A DNA stretch of 64,000 nucleotides, taken from Alphaproteobacteria bacterium (lineage in GTDB: Bacteria > Pseudomonadota > Alphaproteobacteria > CALKHQ01). A program made the position numbers and the translations under genes. A model generated the notes under the pieces. That model was given only the letters and a program-made list of their open reading frames with translations. It did no database searches and was not told the origin of the DNA. Positions 28,189-38,339 of the stretch are shown here, piece by piece. The first letter of the stretch is position 1, and every line of letters starts with the position of its first letter. The stretch covers positions 2,720,001 through 2,784,000 of the forward strand of contig CBDDFZ010000001.1 of NCBI GenBank assembly GCA_965227515.1. Direction: 5' to 3'.

Positions 28189-29432
28189 ATGAGGTTAGTA
28201 AGTCATCGGCATATCCAGAGACCGTGCAGCCGGGAATTCCGAAGCTGCCGACTAATCCACCGGCGGGATGGCAGCGCACACGCTTCGGCGAGCATCTTTT
28301 TGAAGAGAAGCGACCGGTGACGATGAATGATGATACGGAGTATGACCTCGTCACCGTGAAGCGCGCACGGGGTGGTGTTGTTAAGCGAGAGACTAAATGC
28401 GGGGCGGACATCTCGGTCAAGTCGCAGTTCGAGGTGAAGTCCGGTGACTTCCTTATTTCAAAGCGTCAAATTGTCCACGGCGCATGCGGGCTTGTCCCTG
28501 ATGATCTGGATGGCGCTACGGTTTCGAACGAGTACGCAGTACTTCGGGGGAATGACACGATTGATCTCCAGTTCCTGAAGCACTTCGCACACTCCATCTA
28601 TTTTCAGCAAACGTGTTTTCATTCAAGCATTGGCGTTCACATCGAGAAGATGATCTTCAAGACTGAACAATGGTTTGACTGGGAATTCGATCTACCACCG
28701 TTGAAGGAACAACGGTGCATTGCTGATGCGCTCTCCACTTGGGATGAATCACTCCGTGTAAATCGTGCGTTGATCGAAAATAGCCTAGCTTTGAAGGCCG
28801 CACTGTTAGAGGGACTTTTTTGCCAGGTTTTTGAGGTGCCCGCGAGCGGGCAACCCATAAGCTTGGGCCAGATTGCATCACTCGAGAAGCGCAGAGTTGA
28901 TCCATCTTCGTTGCACGAGGAAACAAAGTGTATCGAGCTTGAGCATATCGAGCAAAATACAGGGAGACTCGTCGGTTTCGATGACGCGCGAAACCTCGCC
29001 AGCTTAAAGGCTGTCGTTGAGCCTGGTTATATTCTGTTCGGTAAACTACGCCCTTATTTGCGCAAGTACCATTTCGCGGAATTTTCTGGGGCGTGTTCTA
29101 CGGAAATTTGGCCGATCAAGGCCGACGCGTCCCTGTGTCACCCGAAGTGGCTGTACTACCTCACGCAGACCGACGCTTTTTTCTCTGCAGTGAGCGTATC
29201 TTCCGGTTCAAAGATGCCTCGGGCGGACTGGGGCCTGGTATCCAGCGTCGAGTTCAATCTTCCGAACTTGGTGGCCCAAGAAACAACTGTGAGAATGTTG
29301 GATACGGCTGAAAACATCGTCGACTGTTTGATTCATAAACAAGCTTGTCTTGAGTCCGAGAAGAAAGCTTTGATGCAACAGCTCCTCACAGGCAAACGCC
29401 GCGTGCGAATAGCAAAGGAGATTACAGTATGA
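28185..29432 (+). CDS. hsdS: Type I R-M specificity subunit
   Basis: Two TRDs with 'LPPLKEQ..IA..LS..D' and terminal 'KKALMQQLLTGK.RV'. Confidence 0.92.
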   Translation: MNEVSKSSAYPETVQPGIPKLPTNPPAGWQRTRFGEHLFEEKRPVTMNDDTEYDLVTVKRARGGVVKRETKCGADISVKSQFEVKSGDFLISKRQIVHGACGLVPDDLDGATVSNEYAVLRGNDTIDLQFLKHFAHSIYFQQTCFHSSIGVHIEKMIFKTEQWFDWEFDLPPLKEQRCIADALSTWDESLRVNRALIENSLALKAALLEGLFCQVFEVPASGQPISLGQIASLEKRRVDPSSLHEETKCIELEHIEQNTGRLVGFDDARNLASLKAVVEPGYILFGKLRPYLRKYHFAEFSGACSTEIWPIKADASLCHPKWLYYLTQTDAFFSAVSVSSGSKMPRADWGLVSSVEFNLPNLVAQETTVRMLDTAENIVDCLIHKQACLESEKKALMQQLLTGKRRVRIAKEITV

Positions 29433-31102
29433 GTAAGTCACATTCATTTTCGATTTATCTTCTCAAGGAGGATTTCGATGCGAGGAACGCACTGAAGGCC
29501 GATCACACGCTGGACGATGCGGTCGCGGGCGAAGCCCTTCCCGATGGTTCAACCTTATTCGTACTCGACAACGCGCCAATTCCCCCCTGGTGGAAGGCCT
29601 ATTTTGGGATTCAGAAAGACCTGAGGCAGGCGCTCAAGGGCGCTGTCGTATTTCTTCCTGTCGATGGCCGTGTGTTTGCCATCACGTTCGGTCATGTCTA
29701 TCACAATCTTGTCGACACCAGCTACGAGTACGATTTCGGATTGCGCGTGACTCTCAACTGTCTCGACCCTGACAAGCTGAAGAGCACCGACATTCTGGAA
29801 CCCAGCGGTGCGAGGCGCCAGCGCACCCAGATGCCGACGGATTCTGATCTCACCTACTTCGACTTCGATCAGGACACGACCATTCTGAAAAGTCTGACCG
29901 GCAAGGTGAAGGATGAGCACAAGAGCTTGTTCAAGCACGCGACGGGTGCGAGCAACATCCGCGTCAGCTCGGATGTCACACCCGGCGGTTTGACTGAGCT
30001 ATGTGAGAAGCTGCTGAACCTCTACGAGGATGACACATACAAGACGACGTTTCCTGGGCTGCAGAACATCTCCCCCGTACGCGATCCCTCCATCCTCGCG
30101 GCTCTGGATGGCCTACTGGTCGAGGCGGTGAAGGCGAAGAGCGACAGCCTGTCTCTTAGCGTGCCGGAGATTCTGAACTACCATGAGGGGTTATGGGCCA
30201 CCTTCTCCGGCGCGGGTGCGGGGCTCATCTACGACGACGTATTCATCGGGCGGTACTATGAGTATCTGAACCAGCGTCAGGTTTCGCTTGACACCATCGA
30301 CGTCGAGACACTGCGCAAGCACTGCCTCAACCTCACCAACGAAGAAGGTCAGCCGCGCGGTGAGCGTCACAGCGTATATAAGTGCCTCATTTTTGATACC
30401 GCCCTTGGTGAATCCGGTGCGACCTACCACCTTTGCGACGGGAACTGGTACCTCGTTGATTCCGACTTTGTTACAGGGTTGTCGACGTTCCTGGACCCAT
30501 TCTGCGCTGAGAGCACATTCCCTGACTTCACACATGAGAACGAGGCCGCCTTCAATGAAGCCATTGCCGCTACAGGGACCGGGCTGATCTGCCTCGACAT
30601 GACCAGCATTGCTCCTGACGGGCAGAAAGGCGTGGAGCCTTGCGATGTGTACGAATTGAAGGACGGAAAGGCTGTCCTGCACCACGTCAAAATTTCTACG
30701 CTCTCCGCCCAGCTGAGCCACCTGTTCAACCAGGGAACCAACTCCGTCCACCTGCTGCGCGACGATGCTGACGCCCGCGACAAGCTGAAGTCGCTCGTTT
30801 CGGCGAAAGCCCCGGCGAATGCTCAGGATCAGTTCGCATCCCCGATCGACGGAGACCGCTTCAAGGTCGTCTTCCAGATCGTCACGCACAAGAACGCCGA
30901 GGCGAAGGCGCTCAATCTGCCGCTCTTCTCCCGAATCAGCCTGATGCGGGCGCTGAAGGACCTCCGCAGGATGGGGATCGAGGCGGAGTTCGCATTCATC
31001 AAAGACGCTACACCGACCTCGGCAGGAAAGAAGAAGAAGCGACAGTCCAAAGGCGACGACCAAGCAGCCAACAACGACAACCAAGGAGCGGAGGCGGCGT
31101 GA
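29429..31102 (+). CDS. TIGR04141/DUF6119-like sporadically distributed protein
   Basis: 'SIYLLK', 'FAITFGH...YEYDFGLRVTLN', 'G.WY.VD', 'E.CD...HVK...S..LSHLF.QG', 'LPLFSRISL' recognised from memory; needs HMM check. Confidence 0.75.
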   Translation: MSKSHSFSIYLLKEDFDARNALKADHTLDDAVAGEALPDGSTLFVLDNAPIPPWWKAYFGIQKDLRQALKGAVVFLPVDGRVFAITFGHVYHNLVDTSYEYDFGLRVTLNCLDPDKLKSTDILEPSGARRQRTQMPTDSDLTYFDFDQDTTILKSLTGKVKDEHKSLFKHATGASNIRVSSDVTPGGLTELCEKLLNLYEDDTYKTTFPGLQNISPVRDPSILAALDGLLVEAVKAKSDSLSLSVPEILNYHEGLWATFSGAGAGLIYDDVFIGRYYEYLNQRQVSLDTIDVETLRKHCLNLTNEEGQPRGERHSVYKCLIFDTALGESGATYHLCDGNWYLVDSDFVTGLSTFLDPFCAESTFPDFTHENEAAFNEAIAATGTGLICLDMTSIAPDGQKGVEPCDVYELKDGKAVLHHVKISTLSAQLSHLFNQGTNSVHLLRDDADARDKLKSLVSAKAPANAQDQFASPIDGDRFKVVFQIVTHKNAEAKALNLPLFSRISLMRALKDLRRMGIEAEFAFIKDATPTSAGKKKKRQSKGDDQAANNDNQGAEAA

Positions 31103-31145
31103 GAAAGCGTAAATCGCAGTCGGCCGCCGCGAAAGGAAGAACGAG

Positions 31146-32129
31146 ATGGCTGGCCTGACTACTCTTAACGACGTATTGGAGGCCACCGCCAAATTGCCGC
31201 GGGCGGTACTGCTCGGCAACGGCTTCTCAATTGCGCAAAGCGGCGGACAGTTCGGGTATGGAAGCCTGCTTGAGCACAGCGGTTTGGCAGGAGATGCTCC
31301 TGTCCGCCAACTATTCGAGATGCTTCAAACGGTCGACTTTGAAGAGGTAATGCACGCACTGGAAGCTGCAGCTTTGGTGGAGTCTGCATACGCAGACCAA
31401 CGGCGATCAGAGCAATTCCGTGTTGACGCGGGAGTCATACGCGATGCTTTGATACATGCGGTTCGAACCGTGCACCCTGGAATACAGTTTGAGATTCCAG
31501 AAGATGACATGGCTGCGTGCGCTGATTTTCTTGGGAAGTTTCAGCAAGTATTTACACTGAATTACGATCTGTTGCTTTACTGGGTCATTCTCAATGCACC
31601 GAATAACAAACATAACGATGGATTTGGCTTGGGTGCGCAGATTGGTGGCTTTCGTACATTTAGTGAACAAGCATACTGTTCGGTCTACTATCTCCACGGC
31701 GCACTGCATTTGTTTCTAAATGACGAATTGGAAACGCAGAAGCGTATCTCGGCAGGCGGAATAATTGATGCCATCGCCAGGTCGATCAAGAAGCGCAAGC
31801 AACTACCTCTTTTTGTTGCGGAAGGTACATCAATCCAAAAAGCATCAAAAATTCACTCCATCCCTTATTTGAGGCACTGCTACGAGCAATTGTCGACAAT
31901 TCAGGGTAGTCTATTTGTCTTTGGGCATTCTGCCTCGGGTGTGGATCATCACATCTACGATGCTATTTTTGAGAGCCGGATCACTATATTCGTATGCTTT
32001 GTGCATGACCCAAAGAATCAACTGAATGCCGTGGCGGAAAAATTCGCTCCCTATCAAGTCCGCAGAGAGGATGTCGCATTTTACTATGTAGACGCTTCGA
32101 GCGCGAATGTCTGGGGGCATACGGCATGA
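31146..32129 (+). CDS. DUF4917-like protein, SIR2-like fold
   Basis: LLGNGFS, FTLNYDLLLYW, DGF, YLHGALH, PLFVAEG, FVFGHS...D.HI. Confidence 0.78.
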   Translation: MAGLTTLNDVLEATAKLPRAVLLGNGFSIAQSGGQFGYGSLLEHSGLAGDAPVRQLFEMLQTVDFEEVMHALEAAALVESAYADQRRSEQFRVDAGVIRDALIHAVRTVHPGIQFEIPEDDMAACADFLGKFQQVFTLNYDLLLYWVILNAPNNKHNDGFGLGAQIGGFRTFSEQAYCSVYYLHGALHLFLNDELETQKRISAGGIIDAIARSIKKRKQLPLFVAEGTSIQKASKIHSIPYLRHCYEQLSTIQGSLFVFGHSASGVDHHIYDAIFESRITIFVCFVHDPKNQLNAVAEKFAPYQVRREDVAFYYVDASSANVWGHTA

Positions 32130-35100
32130 GCACCCCCAACACTGCAGAGCAATACTCTGCACATATTCCCGCTCTGCAAGTGCTCATGTCTCTTGGCTGG
32201 CGCTTCATGCCGGCCGGCGAGTGCATTGAGCGGCGTGGTGGCAATAAGGTAGTTATCCTAAAGGAAATTCTCATTGAGGCGCTTAGGAAGCGCCGTTTCG
32301 AGTACAAAGGACAATCATACCCACTATCTAATAATGCAATCGAGCAAATCGTCCGAGAGCTAACCTCGCCGCACCTTCAAGAAGGTCTTCTGACGGCCAA
32401 CGAGCAACTCTACAACGCATTAACGCTCGGCATCACGGTGACCGAGTTCGTTGACGGCAAGAAGCACTCACCAACGATTCCGATTATTGATTGGAGTAAT
32501 CCTGACGGTAACAACTTTACCGTTACCGAGGAGTTTGAAGTTCTTACCTCGGATGGGACACGCACGCGACGGCCCGACATCGTGTGCCTCGTAAACGGTA
32601 TCCCCCTTGCCATTATCGAAGCCAAGCGACCCGACTCCGGTAATCCCAACAAATCGATGATCGATGAAGGTATAAGCCAGAGCATCCGTAATCAGAAATC
32701 CGACGAGGTGCCGGAACTCTTCGCATACTCGCAGTTACTCATGTCCATCAGCGGACTTGACGGACGCTATGCGACCACAAAAACGCCCAAGAAGTTTTGG
32801 ACGCGTTGGAGAGAAGAGGAACTGTCAGAAGCGTGGTTCAAAGAAGTTAGGAATAAGCCATTGTCACTGAGCGAGCGGGACGCGTTGTTGTTTGGTAAAC
32901 CGAAATCCGTACAGGAACACTTTCGTGATCTGTGGGGCGCGGAGCAATTTGTTACCGACCAAGATCGAATGCTGATAAGCTTGCTCGCCAGAGATCGTCT
33001 GCTAGAGTTTGTGAAATTCTTCATACTATTTGACAAGAAGGCGGGCAAGATTGCCGCCCGATATCAGCAAGTTTTTGGCATCAAGGCGCTGATAGACCGA
33101 ATTTCGCAGGTGCGCCCCGACGGCGGACGCGAAGGCGGTGTGATCTGGCATACCACAGGTTCGGGCAAGAGCTTCACGATGGTCTTCCTGTGCAAGGCGC
33201 TCCTTCTGCACAGAAACCTCAGTGACTGCAGGGTCGTGGTCGTGACTGATCGGCTCGATCTGGAAAAGCAGCTTGCTCGCACTTTCCTGACCGGAGGGGC
33301 GCTTGGGAAGCTCAGCGCTGGTAGGAGAGAAGAGAACCGAGCCAAGGCGGCCACGGGGCGGGACCTGGCCAAGCGAATTGGAAAGGGGAACGAGCGGATA
33401 ATTTTCTCGATCATCAACAAGTTTGGAACCGCCTCCAGGCTCGCTGAGTGCTTCAACCCAAGCCCAAACATCATCGTTCTCGTCGACGAAGGGCACCGTA
33501 GTCAGAGCGGCGAGAATCATGAGCGGATGCGCAAGGCCCTGCCGAACGCCTCGTACGTGGCGTTCACGGGAACTCCACTCCTGAAGGACGACAAGACGAC
33601 CAACAAGTTCGGTCCGATTGTCCATGCCTATACGATGCAGCGCGCCGTCGAAGATGGAACCGTAACGCCCCTTCTATATGAAGAGCGTCGACCCGTTCTG
33701 GATATCAATGCAAAGGCCATAGATAACTGGTTCGACAAGATCACGGTCGGCCTGTCTGACAAGCAGAAAAGCGACCTAAAAGAAAAGTACGGCAAGAAGG
33801 GTCCCATGTACGGATCAGCAAATCGGATCGATCTAGTGGCCTGGGATATTGCCGTACATTTCAACGAAAACTTTAGAGCGTTGGGGAAGGACTTGAAGGG
33901 ACAGCTAGCCACGGACAGCAAGCTTTCAGCAATCCGGTACAAGAAGGCTCTCGACGCTACTGGCCTTGTGACCAGTGCTGTTGTCATATCTCCCCCGGAT
34001 ACTCGTGAGGGCCACGAAGATGTGGATGAGGCGGAGTTGCCCGAGGTGCAGCAGTGGTGGAAGGATAATATCAAGGGCGCTCCCGAAGACTATGAGCGTG
34101 ATGTGATTGAAGCATTTTCCGAACCAGGGCCGCCCGACATCCTTATTGTGGTGGACAAATTGCTGACTGGCTTCGATGAGCCTAAGAATGCGGTGCTCTA
34201 TATCGATAAGCCGCTCAAGCATCATAATATTATACAGGCAATCGCGCGGGTTAATCGCCTGCATGACGCGAAGAAATATGGCCTGCTAATTGACTACAGA
34301 GGCATTCTTAAGGAATTGGATACCGCCATTGACGGTTATCAGGACCTTGCTGAGCGCACACAAGCCGGATTTGATATCGATGATATTCAAGGCCTCTACG
34401 CTGATGTCTCTACCGAATATAAGCGGCTCCCGGCATTACACGAGAACCTTCTAGGTGTGTTTTCGGAGGTGAAGAACCGCGCCGATCTAGAACAGTACCG
34501 GCAGATTCTTATACCAAAAGTTGAGATTGATGAGTATGGGGAGGCTTCGGATGAACATCAAAAGGTCCGAGAGGATTTCTATGAAGCACTGACTGAGTTT
34601 GGCATCTGTCTAAAGGTCGCGCTGGGGTCGCGCTCGTTTTTTGAAGATGCGGCTGTCTCAGAGCAGGAAATTCAGACATATAAGCGTGATCTCAAGTTTT
34701 TTAGTGAGCTGCGACGCATTGCGAAACGCGATGCTCAGGAGACAGTCGATTTCAATGCCTACGAAGACCAGATCAGACGCCTGGTTGATCGCTATGTTCT
34801 TGGGGAGGAAATTCAGGAATCAGAAGGGGTCTACGTTGTCAACGATCTGGGTCAGAAAGAGAGAGCTGAAAAGTGGACACCGGAGAAGCTCAAGAACGAG
34901 ACCGATATCATCCGTTCGCGTGTGAAGAGAACGATTGAGCAGGATCTTGCTGATGATCCATATGCCCAGGCCTACTTTTCTGAACTATTGAGGCAGGCAA
35001 TCCATGAGGCGGAGGCGCTCTTCGAGCATCCGTTTAAGCAATACGCTCTGTTTAGGGACTTTGAAGACGAGGTTAAGGGGCGACGGGTAGAAGGAATGCC

Positions 35101-35398
35101 TCCGTCGTTGGGTGAGAATAAGCACGCGGCAGCCTACTACGGCATTTTCAAGCTCGTGCTAGGCAGCGATTTTGAGCAAGAGGAGACCTCTGACATTGCT
35201 GATATAAGTCTTGAGATCGACCGGATCGTTGTTGTTTCCGTAGCGGAGAACTCGCTGAATCCGCAGAATATCGAGGCGGCGATCCGCAAAAAGGTACTTC
35301 CTCTTCTTTTCAAGCGTATCGGTCTGGATCGGGCGAAAAATGTGTGTGAGCGCATTGTCGAAGTCACAAAGCTTGGCCTTTCGCGGGGTGACTTCTGA
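32126..35398 (+). CDS. hsdR: Type I R-M restriction subunit
   Basis: RPD...NGIPLAIIEAK nuclease motif; HTTGSGKS, DEGHRS, FTGTP, LLTGFD, QAIARVNR helicase motifs. Confidence 0.96.
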   Translation: MSTPNTAEQYSAHIPALQVLMSLGWRFMPAGECIERRGGNKVVILKEILIEALRKRRFEYKGQSYPLSNNAIEQIVRELTSPHLQEGLLTANEQLYNALTLGITVTEFVDGKKHSPTIPIIDWSNPDGNNFTVTEEFEVLTSDGTRTRRPDIVCLVNGIPLAIIEAKRPDSGNPNKSMIDEGISQSIRNQKSDEVPELFAYSQLLMSISGLDGRYATTKTPKKFWTRWREEELSEAWFKEVRNKPLSLSERDALLFGKPKSVQEHFRDLWGAEQFVTDQDRMLISLLARDRLLEFVKFFILFDKKAGKIAARYQQVFGIKALIDRISQVRPDGGREGGVIWHTTGSGKSFTMVFLCKALLLHRNLSDCRVVVVTDRLDLEKQLARTFLTGGALGKLSAGRREENRAKAATGRDLAKRIGKGNERIIFSIINKFGTASRLAECFNPSPNIIVLVDEGHRSQSGENHERMRKALPNASYVAFTGTPLLKDDKTTNKFGPIVHAYTMQRAVEDGTVTPLLYEERRPVLDINAKAIDNWFDKITVGLSDKQKSDLKEKYGKKGPMYGSANRIDLVAWDIAVHFNENFRALGKDLKGQLATDSKLSAIRYKKALDATGLVTSAVVISPPDTREGHEDVDEAELPEVQQWWKDNIKGAPEDYERDVIEAFSEPGPPDILIVVDKLLTGFDEPKNAVLYIDKPLKHHNIIQAIARVNRLHDAKKYGLLIDYRGILKELDTAIDGYQDLAERTQAGFDIDDIQGLYADVSTEYKRLPALHENLLGVFSEVKNRADLEQYRQILIPKVEIDEYGEASDEHQKVREDFYEALTEFGICLKVALGSRSFFEDAAVSEQEIQTYKRDLKFFSELRRIAKRDAQETVDFNAYEDQIRRLVDRYVLGEEIQESEGVYVVNDLGQKERAEKWTPEKLKNETDIIRSRVKRTIEQDLADDPYAQAYFSELLRQAIHEAEALFEHPFKQYALFRDFEDEVKGRRVEGMPPSLGENKHAAAYYGIFKLVLGSDFEQEETSDIADISLEIDRIVVVSVAENSLNPQNIEAAIRKKVLPLLFKRIGLDRAKNVCERIVEVTKLGLSRGDF

Positions 35399-36123
35399 TG
35401 GATGGGATACTGGGTTATGGCGGAGAGAGGATTAGGTATACCGTTGCCCGAAACCCGAGCCTGTCGTCCAGAGTTCGGATTCATGTTCATCCTAATGGAC
35501 TGATAGAGGCCGAGGCACCGCCGGACGCCCTTCCGGCTGACATAAAGGCAGCCCTGCGTAAACGTGCGCGATGGATCACGCGTCAGCTCCGCGAACTCGC
35601 GGGCGCTCGGGCTCACGCATTGCCTCGGGAGTTTGTGAGCGGCGAAACGCATTTTTTCCTCGGTAGGCGATTTCAGCTGAAAGTCATTCAGTCTGACGAC
35701 GAGCCATCGTCGGTGCTTCTCAAGGGTGGGCAGATCAGGATCACCCTGCCCTGTTTCGACCGGGCGGCGGTGAAGCGGAGGCTGAATGACTGGTACTGGG
35801 CCAAGGCTGAGGATTACCTGGGTCGGCGCCTCAGCGAGGTCGCAACACGCATCGCGTGGATTGATGATGAGCCCGAACTCAAACTGCTCGCGATGAGGAA
35901 GCAGTGGGGAAGCTGCTCGCCCTCGGGGGCGATCCATTTGAATCCGTGGCTTGTGCGGGCTCCGCGCGAGTGCATCGATTACGTGATTGTCCACGAGCTT
36001 TGTCATCTGAGAGAGCACAATCACAGCAGGCGTTTCTACAGCCTGTTGGATCGGCAGATGCCGGGCTGGCGTCACACCAAAACTCGGCTCGACGGGATGG
36101 CCGAGCTGCTGCTCGCGGAATGA
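35398..36123 (+). CDS. YgjP/DUF45-like zinc metallopeptidase
   Basis: 'GETH..LG', 'QWGSCS', 'IDYVIVHELCHL.E.NHS..F'; usual position after hsdR. Confidence 0.9.
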   Translation: MDGILGYGGERIRYTVARNPSLSSRVRIHVHPNGLIEAEAPPDALPADIKAALRKRARWITRQLRELAGARAHALPREFVSGETHFFLGRRFQLKVIQSDDEPSSVLLKGGQIRITLPCFDRAAVKRRLNDWYWAKAEDYLGRRLSEVATRIAWIDDEPELKLLAMRKQWGSCSPSGAIHLNPWLVRAPRECIDYVIVHELCHLREHNHSRRFYSLLDRQMPGWRHTKTRLDGMAELLLAE

Positions 36124-36440
36124 CTTCTACACAAATCGCATCCAACCAGCGCGAGGTTGGTCGCAGGGTCCAGGGTGCGCGACAGGCACCTTGGTCATGG
36201 GGGTGTCGGGGGCTATTGCCCTGACGAGTGGTCAATCGGCGATACGATTGAATGGCGCGGAATTAGGCTCGATGCCTAGACGCGCCACAGGCCGGGGGGA
36301 TGCAACGGGGGCGCGCAGCGGGCCCCCTTGCCAAGAGGCGCTGTATTACAGCGCACATCTTGCGGAACGCATGAACCATCCAATTGGAACAGGTGTATTA
36401 CGTCCTACAGGCTGCCCAAGGTTCCGGTCGGAAATAGGTC

Positions 36441-37010
36441 TCACCCGGCACGCTGAACCCGCTTGCTCGCTGTGCGGTACGCGCGCCAGGCTCGGTCACG
36501 AGCGCTCTTGCCTCGTTCAACCAGGGCTCGCTGCGCCTCGTCCTGCACAGGTGCGCTGCGGCGGCGATCCCAGATCAGTTCGGCCTGCGCATAGCGGACG
36601 TAGGCCCGCACTCTTTCGGCTTGGACGGCATCCAACTCCGGCTCCTGATCGATGGGTCCGGTTAGCTCGATGATCTTGTGGATGTGCTTGCGGACCAGCC
36701 GGGGCGGCAGTTCGTCCAGCCAGTGAATCAGTTTGGCGGAATGGGGATAGACCTTGTCCTTCCGAACGCCTCGCCTTTCTCGTAGCTGGCGTTTCACCGC
36801 CGGGGGCAAGCCAGGATCATCCGCCGTCATTGCGGCGTCCGAGTAGTACCCTGTGAGGATCAAGCGCCAGCGAATCTGGCTGTAGCGGAGATAGACCGTG
36901 TTGCGGCTGAGGCCGCATACGTCGGCTGCTTCCGCGGGCGTTCGTCGTTCCGAGTAGCATCGAAGCAGCGTTTCAGCCTGCGCGGCTGTCATGCGGCTGC
37001 GCTTGCTCAC
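36441..37010 (-). CDS. Hypothetical HTH protein resembling an IS1595-type transposase lacking the DDE core
   Basis: 'KRSRM...LLRCY...TPAEAADVCGLSRNTV' HTH; GTG start. Confidence 0.55.
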   Translation of the reverse strand: MSKRSRMTAAQAETLLRCYSERRTPAEAADVCGLSRNTVYLRYSQIRWRLILTGYYSDAAMTADDPGLPPAVKRQLRERRGVRKDKVYPHSAKLIHWLDELPPRLVRKHIHKIIELTGPIDQEPELDAVQAERVRAYVRYAQAELIWDRRRSAPVQDEAQRALVERGKSARDRAWRAYRTASKRVQRAG

Positions 37011-37271
37011 GACCGCCAGCTCTAGAGGCTCCTCAGCCTGCTAACTGCGACACGTATCATGGCGTGTTTTCAGATAGATAAGTCCGGTTTGCGTCAGTCT
37101 GTCTTGTCATATGTTCGGTCGCCAGCCTTGGCAAGGCCTTGCGGCGGGCACACACTCAATCAGCGCTCATCGCGCTTCCACAAGAATCCTTCGTCCACGC
37201 CGCGAGCAACGCTTTGACCAGGACTCCGTCCTGGCCGGGCGTGCGGATCAGAGCGGCGACGGAGGACAGCC

Positions 37272-37715
37272 ATGATCTATTGCAGACACTGCGGGCAGCA
37301 CGTTTGGAAGGCTGGCAGCCATGCCGCCAATGACAACGAGCAGCTTGCTCCTGACATCTATGTCGCGAGCGACTGGGAGCTTCGGCGTGCGGCGCACTAT
37401 TGCCGCATGGCGATCGTGCTCGGCGAGCTGAAGAAGAGTCTCGGCCTGCCGCGCCGCCAGATTGCCGATTGGCTGTCCGACACGATCTACTCCTACCCAG
37501 GCCGCATCCTCTTGCCAGACGGGCGGCCCTATTCCCTGCCGGAGATCGATGACGCCTTCAACAACGACGGCTCCTTCCGATGGCTGTCGGATTTTCTCCG
37601 CGCCACTACCGAGCCGCCACGCCAGCAGCCGCAGCGGCGCATTCTGGCCCGGCTCCGTCTGATCGATCTCGCACTGCGCATCGACAAGCACCGCCGCGAC
37701 CAATGCAGCCAATAA
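37272..37715 (+). CDS. Hypothetical protein
   Basis: GGAGG RBS; N-terminal CxxC; internal AANDN. Confidence 0.65.
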   Translation: MIYCRHCGQHVWKAGSHAANDNEQLAPDIYVASDWELRRAAHYCRMAIVLGELKKSLGLPRRQIADWLSDTIYSYPGRILLPDGRPYSLPEIDDAFNNDGSFRWLSDFLRATTEPPRQQPQRRILARLRLIDLALRIDKHRRDQCSQ

Positions 37716-37827
37716 GGCGCACGACTTCCGCCCGGCTTCCGCCCACGCGGCGGGGCCGGGCCCAATAGAAGGGTCGGCAAGCGCGCTGGCCGACTGGGTT
37801 GGCGCTCGCCACGGCAGAGGAGAGCGG

Positions 37828-38124
37828 ATGACCTTTCGGGACAAGCAACGTGAAGCCGGGCGATCGATGCTTGCGGGCTCGATCAAGGGCCTCGGCAATC
37901 TGGCGGCGGCAGCAGCGACGTTCCTGCTCACGCCGCTCGCATATGGCGCGACGATCGACTGGGTCGAGGATTTCACGTCCGAGCACTACGGCCGCGACTG
38001 GACGGACATCAGCGGAATCGTCTGGTTCGTGATCGTGGCAGGGGTCGTGTTCTTCACGGCTCGGGCGTCGATCACGACGCTGATCACGATGGGCGGGTTC
38101 GCGCTCGCCTCGCGCCTGTTCTGA
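37828..38124 (+). CDS. Small membrane protein
   Basis: GAGGAG RBS, 2-3 hydrophobic segments. Confidence 0.7.
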   Translation: MTFRDKQREAGRSMLAGSIKGLGNLAAAAATFLLTPLAYGATIDWVEDFTSEHYGRDWTDISGIVWFVIVAGVVFFTARASITTLITMGGFALASRLF

Positions 38125-38148
38125 GCAACCTGAGAAAGGAGAACCGTG

Positions 38149-38277
38149 ATGGCTCAGTATGACCGGGTTGGCGGCGGAACCTTCGGCGTCTATCGCAAGC
38201 GCGGTGGCGGCGGAGGTTGGGGAGGCGCGATCGTGCTGATCGCGATCGGCCTCCTCGTGCTGGCATCGATCGGCTAG
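38149..38277 (+). CDS. 42-aa single-TM protein (MAQYDRVGGGTFGVYRKRGGGGGWGGAIVLIAIGLLVLASIG)
   Basis: Strong AAAGGAGA RBS, open frame to TAG, C-terminal TM helix; below the ORF-track cutoff. Confidence 0.72.
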   Translation: MAQYDRVGGGTFGVYRKRGGGGGWGGAIVLIAIGLLVLASIG

Positions 38278-38296
38278 CGCTCCACCCCAACCCATC

Positions 38297-38324
38297 GAAC
38301 GGGGGGCCTTCGGGCCCCCCGTTC
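38297..38324 (+). terminator. GC-rich hairpin (attenuator or stabiliser) before the coupling-protein gene
   Basis: GAACGGGGGGCC-TTCG-GGCCCCCCGTTC perfect 12-bp stem with TTCG loop; weak U-tract. Confidence 0.6.
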
Positions 38325-38339
38325 TCGTTGGAGAGACCA

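Noticed and set aside
26066-29432. Invertible hsdS shufflon
   Set aside because: Both hsdS-like genes are co-oriented; no inverted repeats or invertase seen
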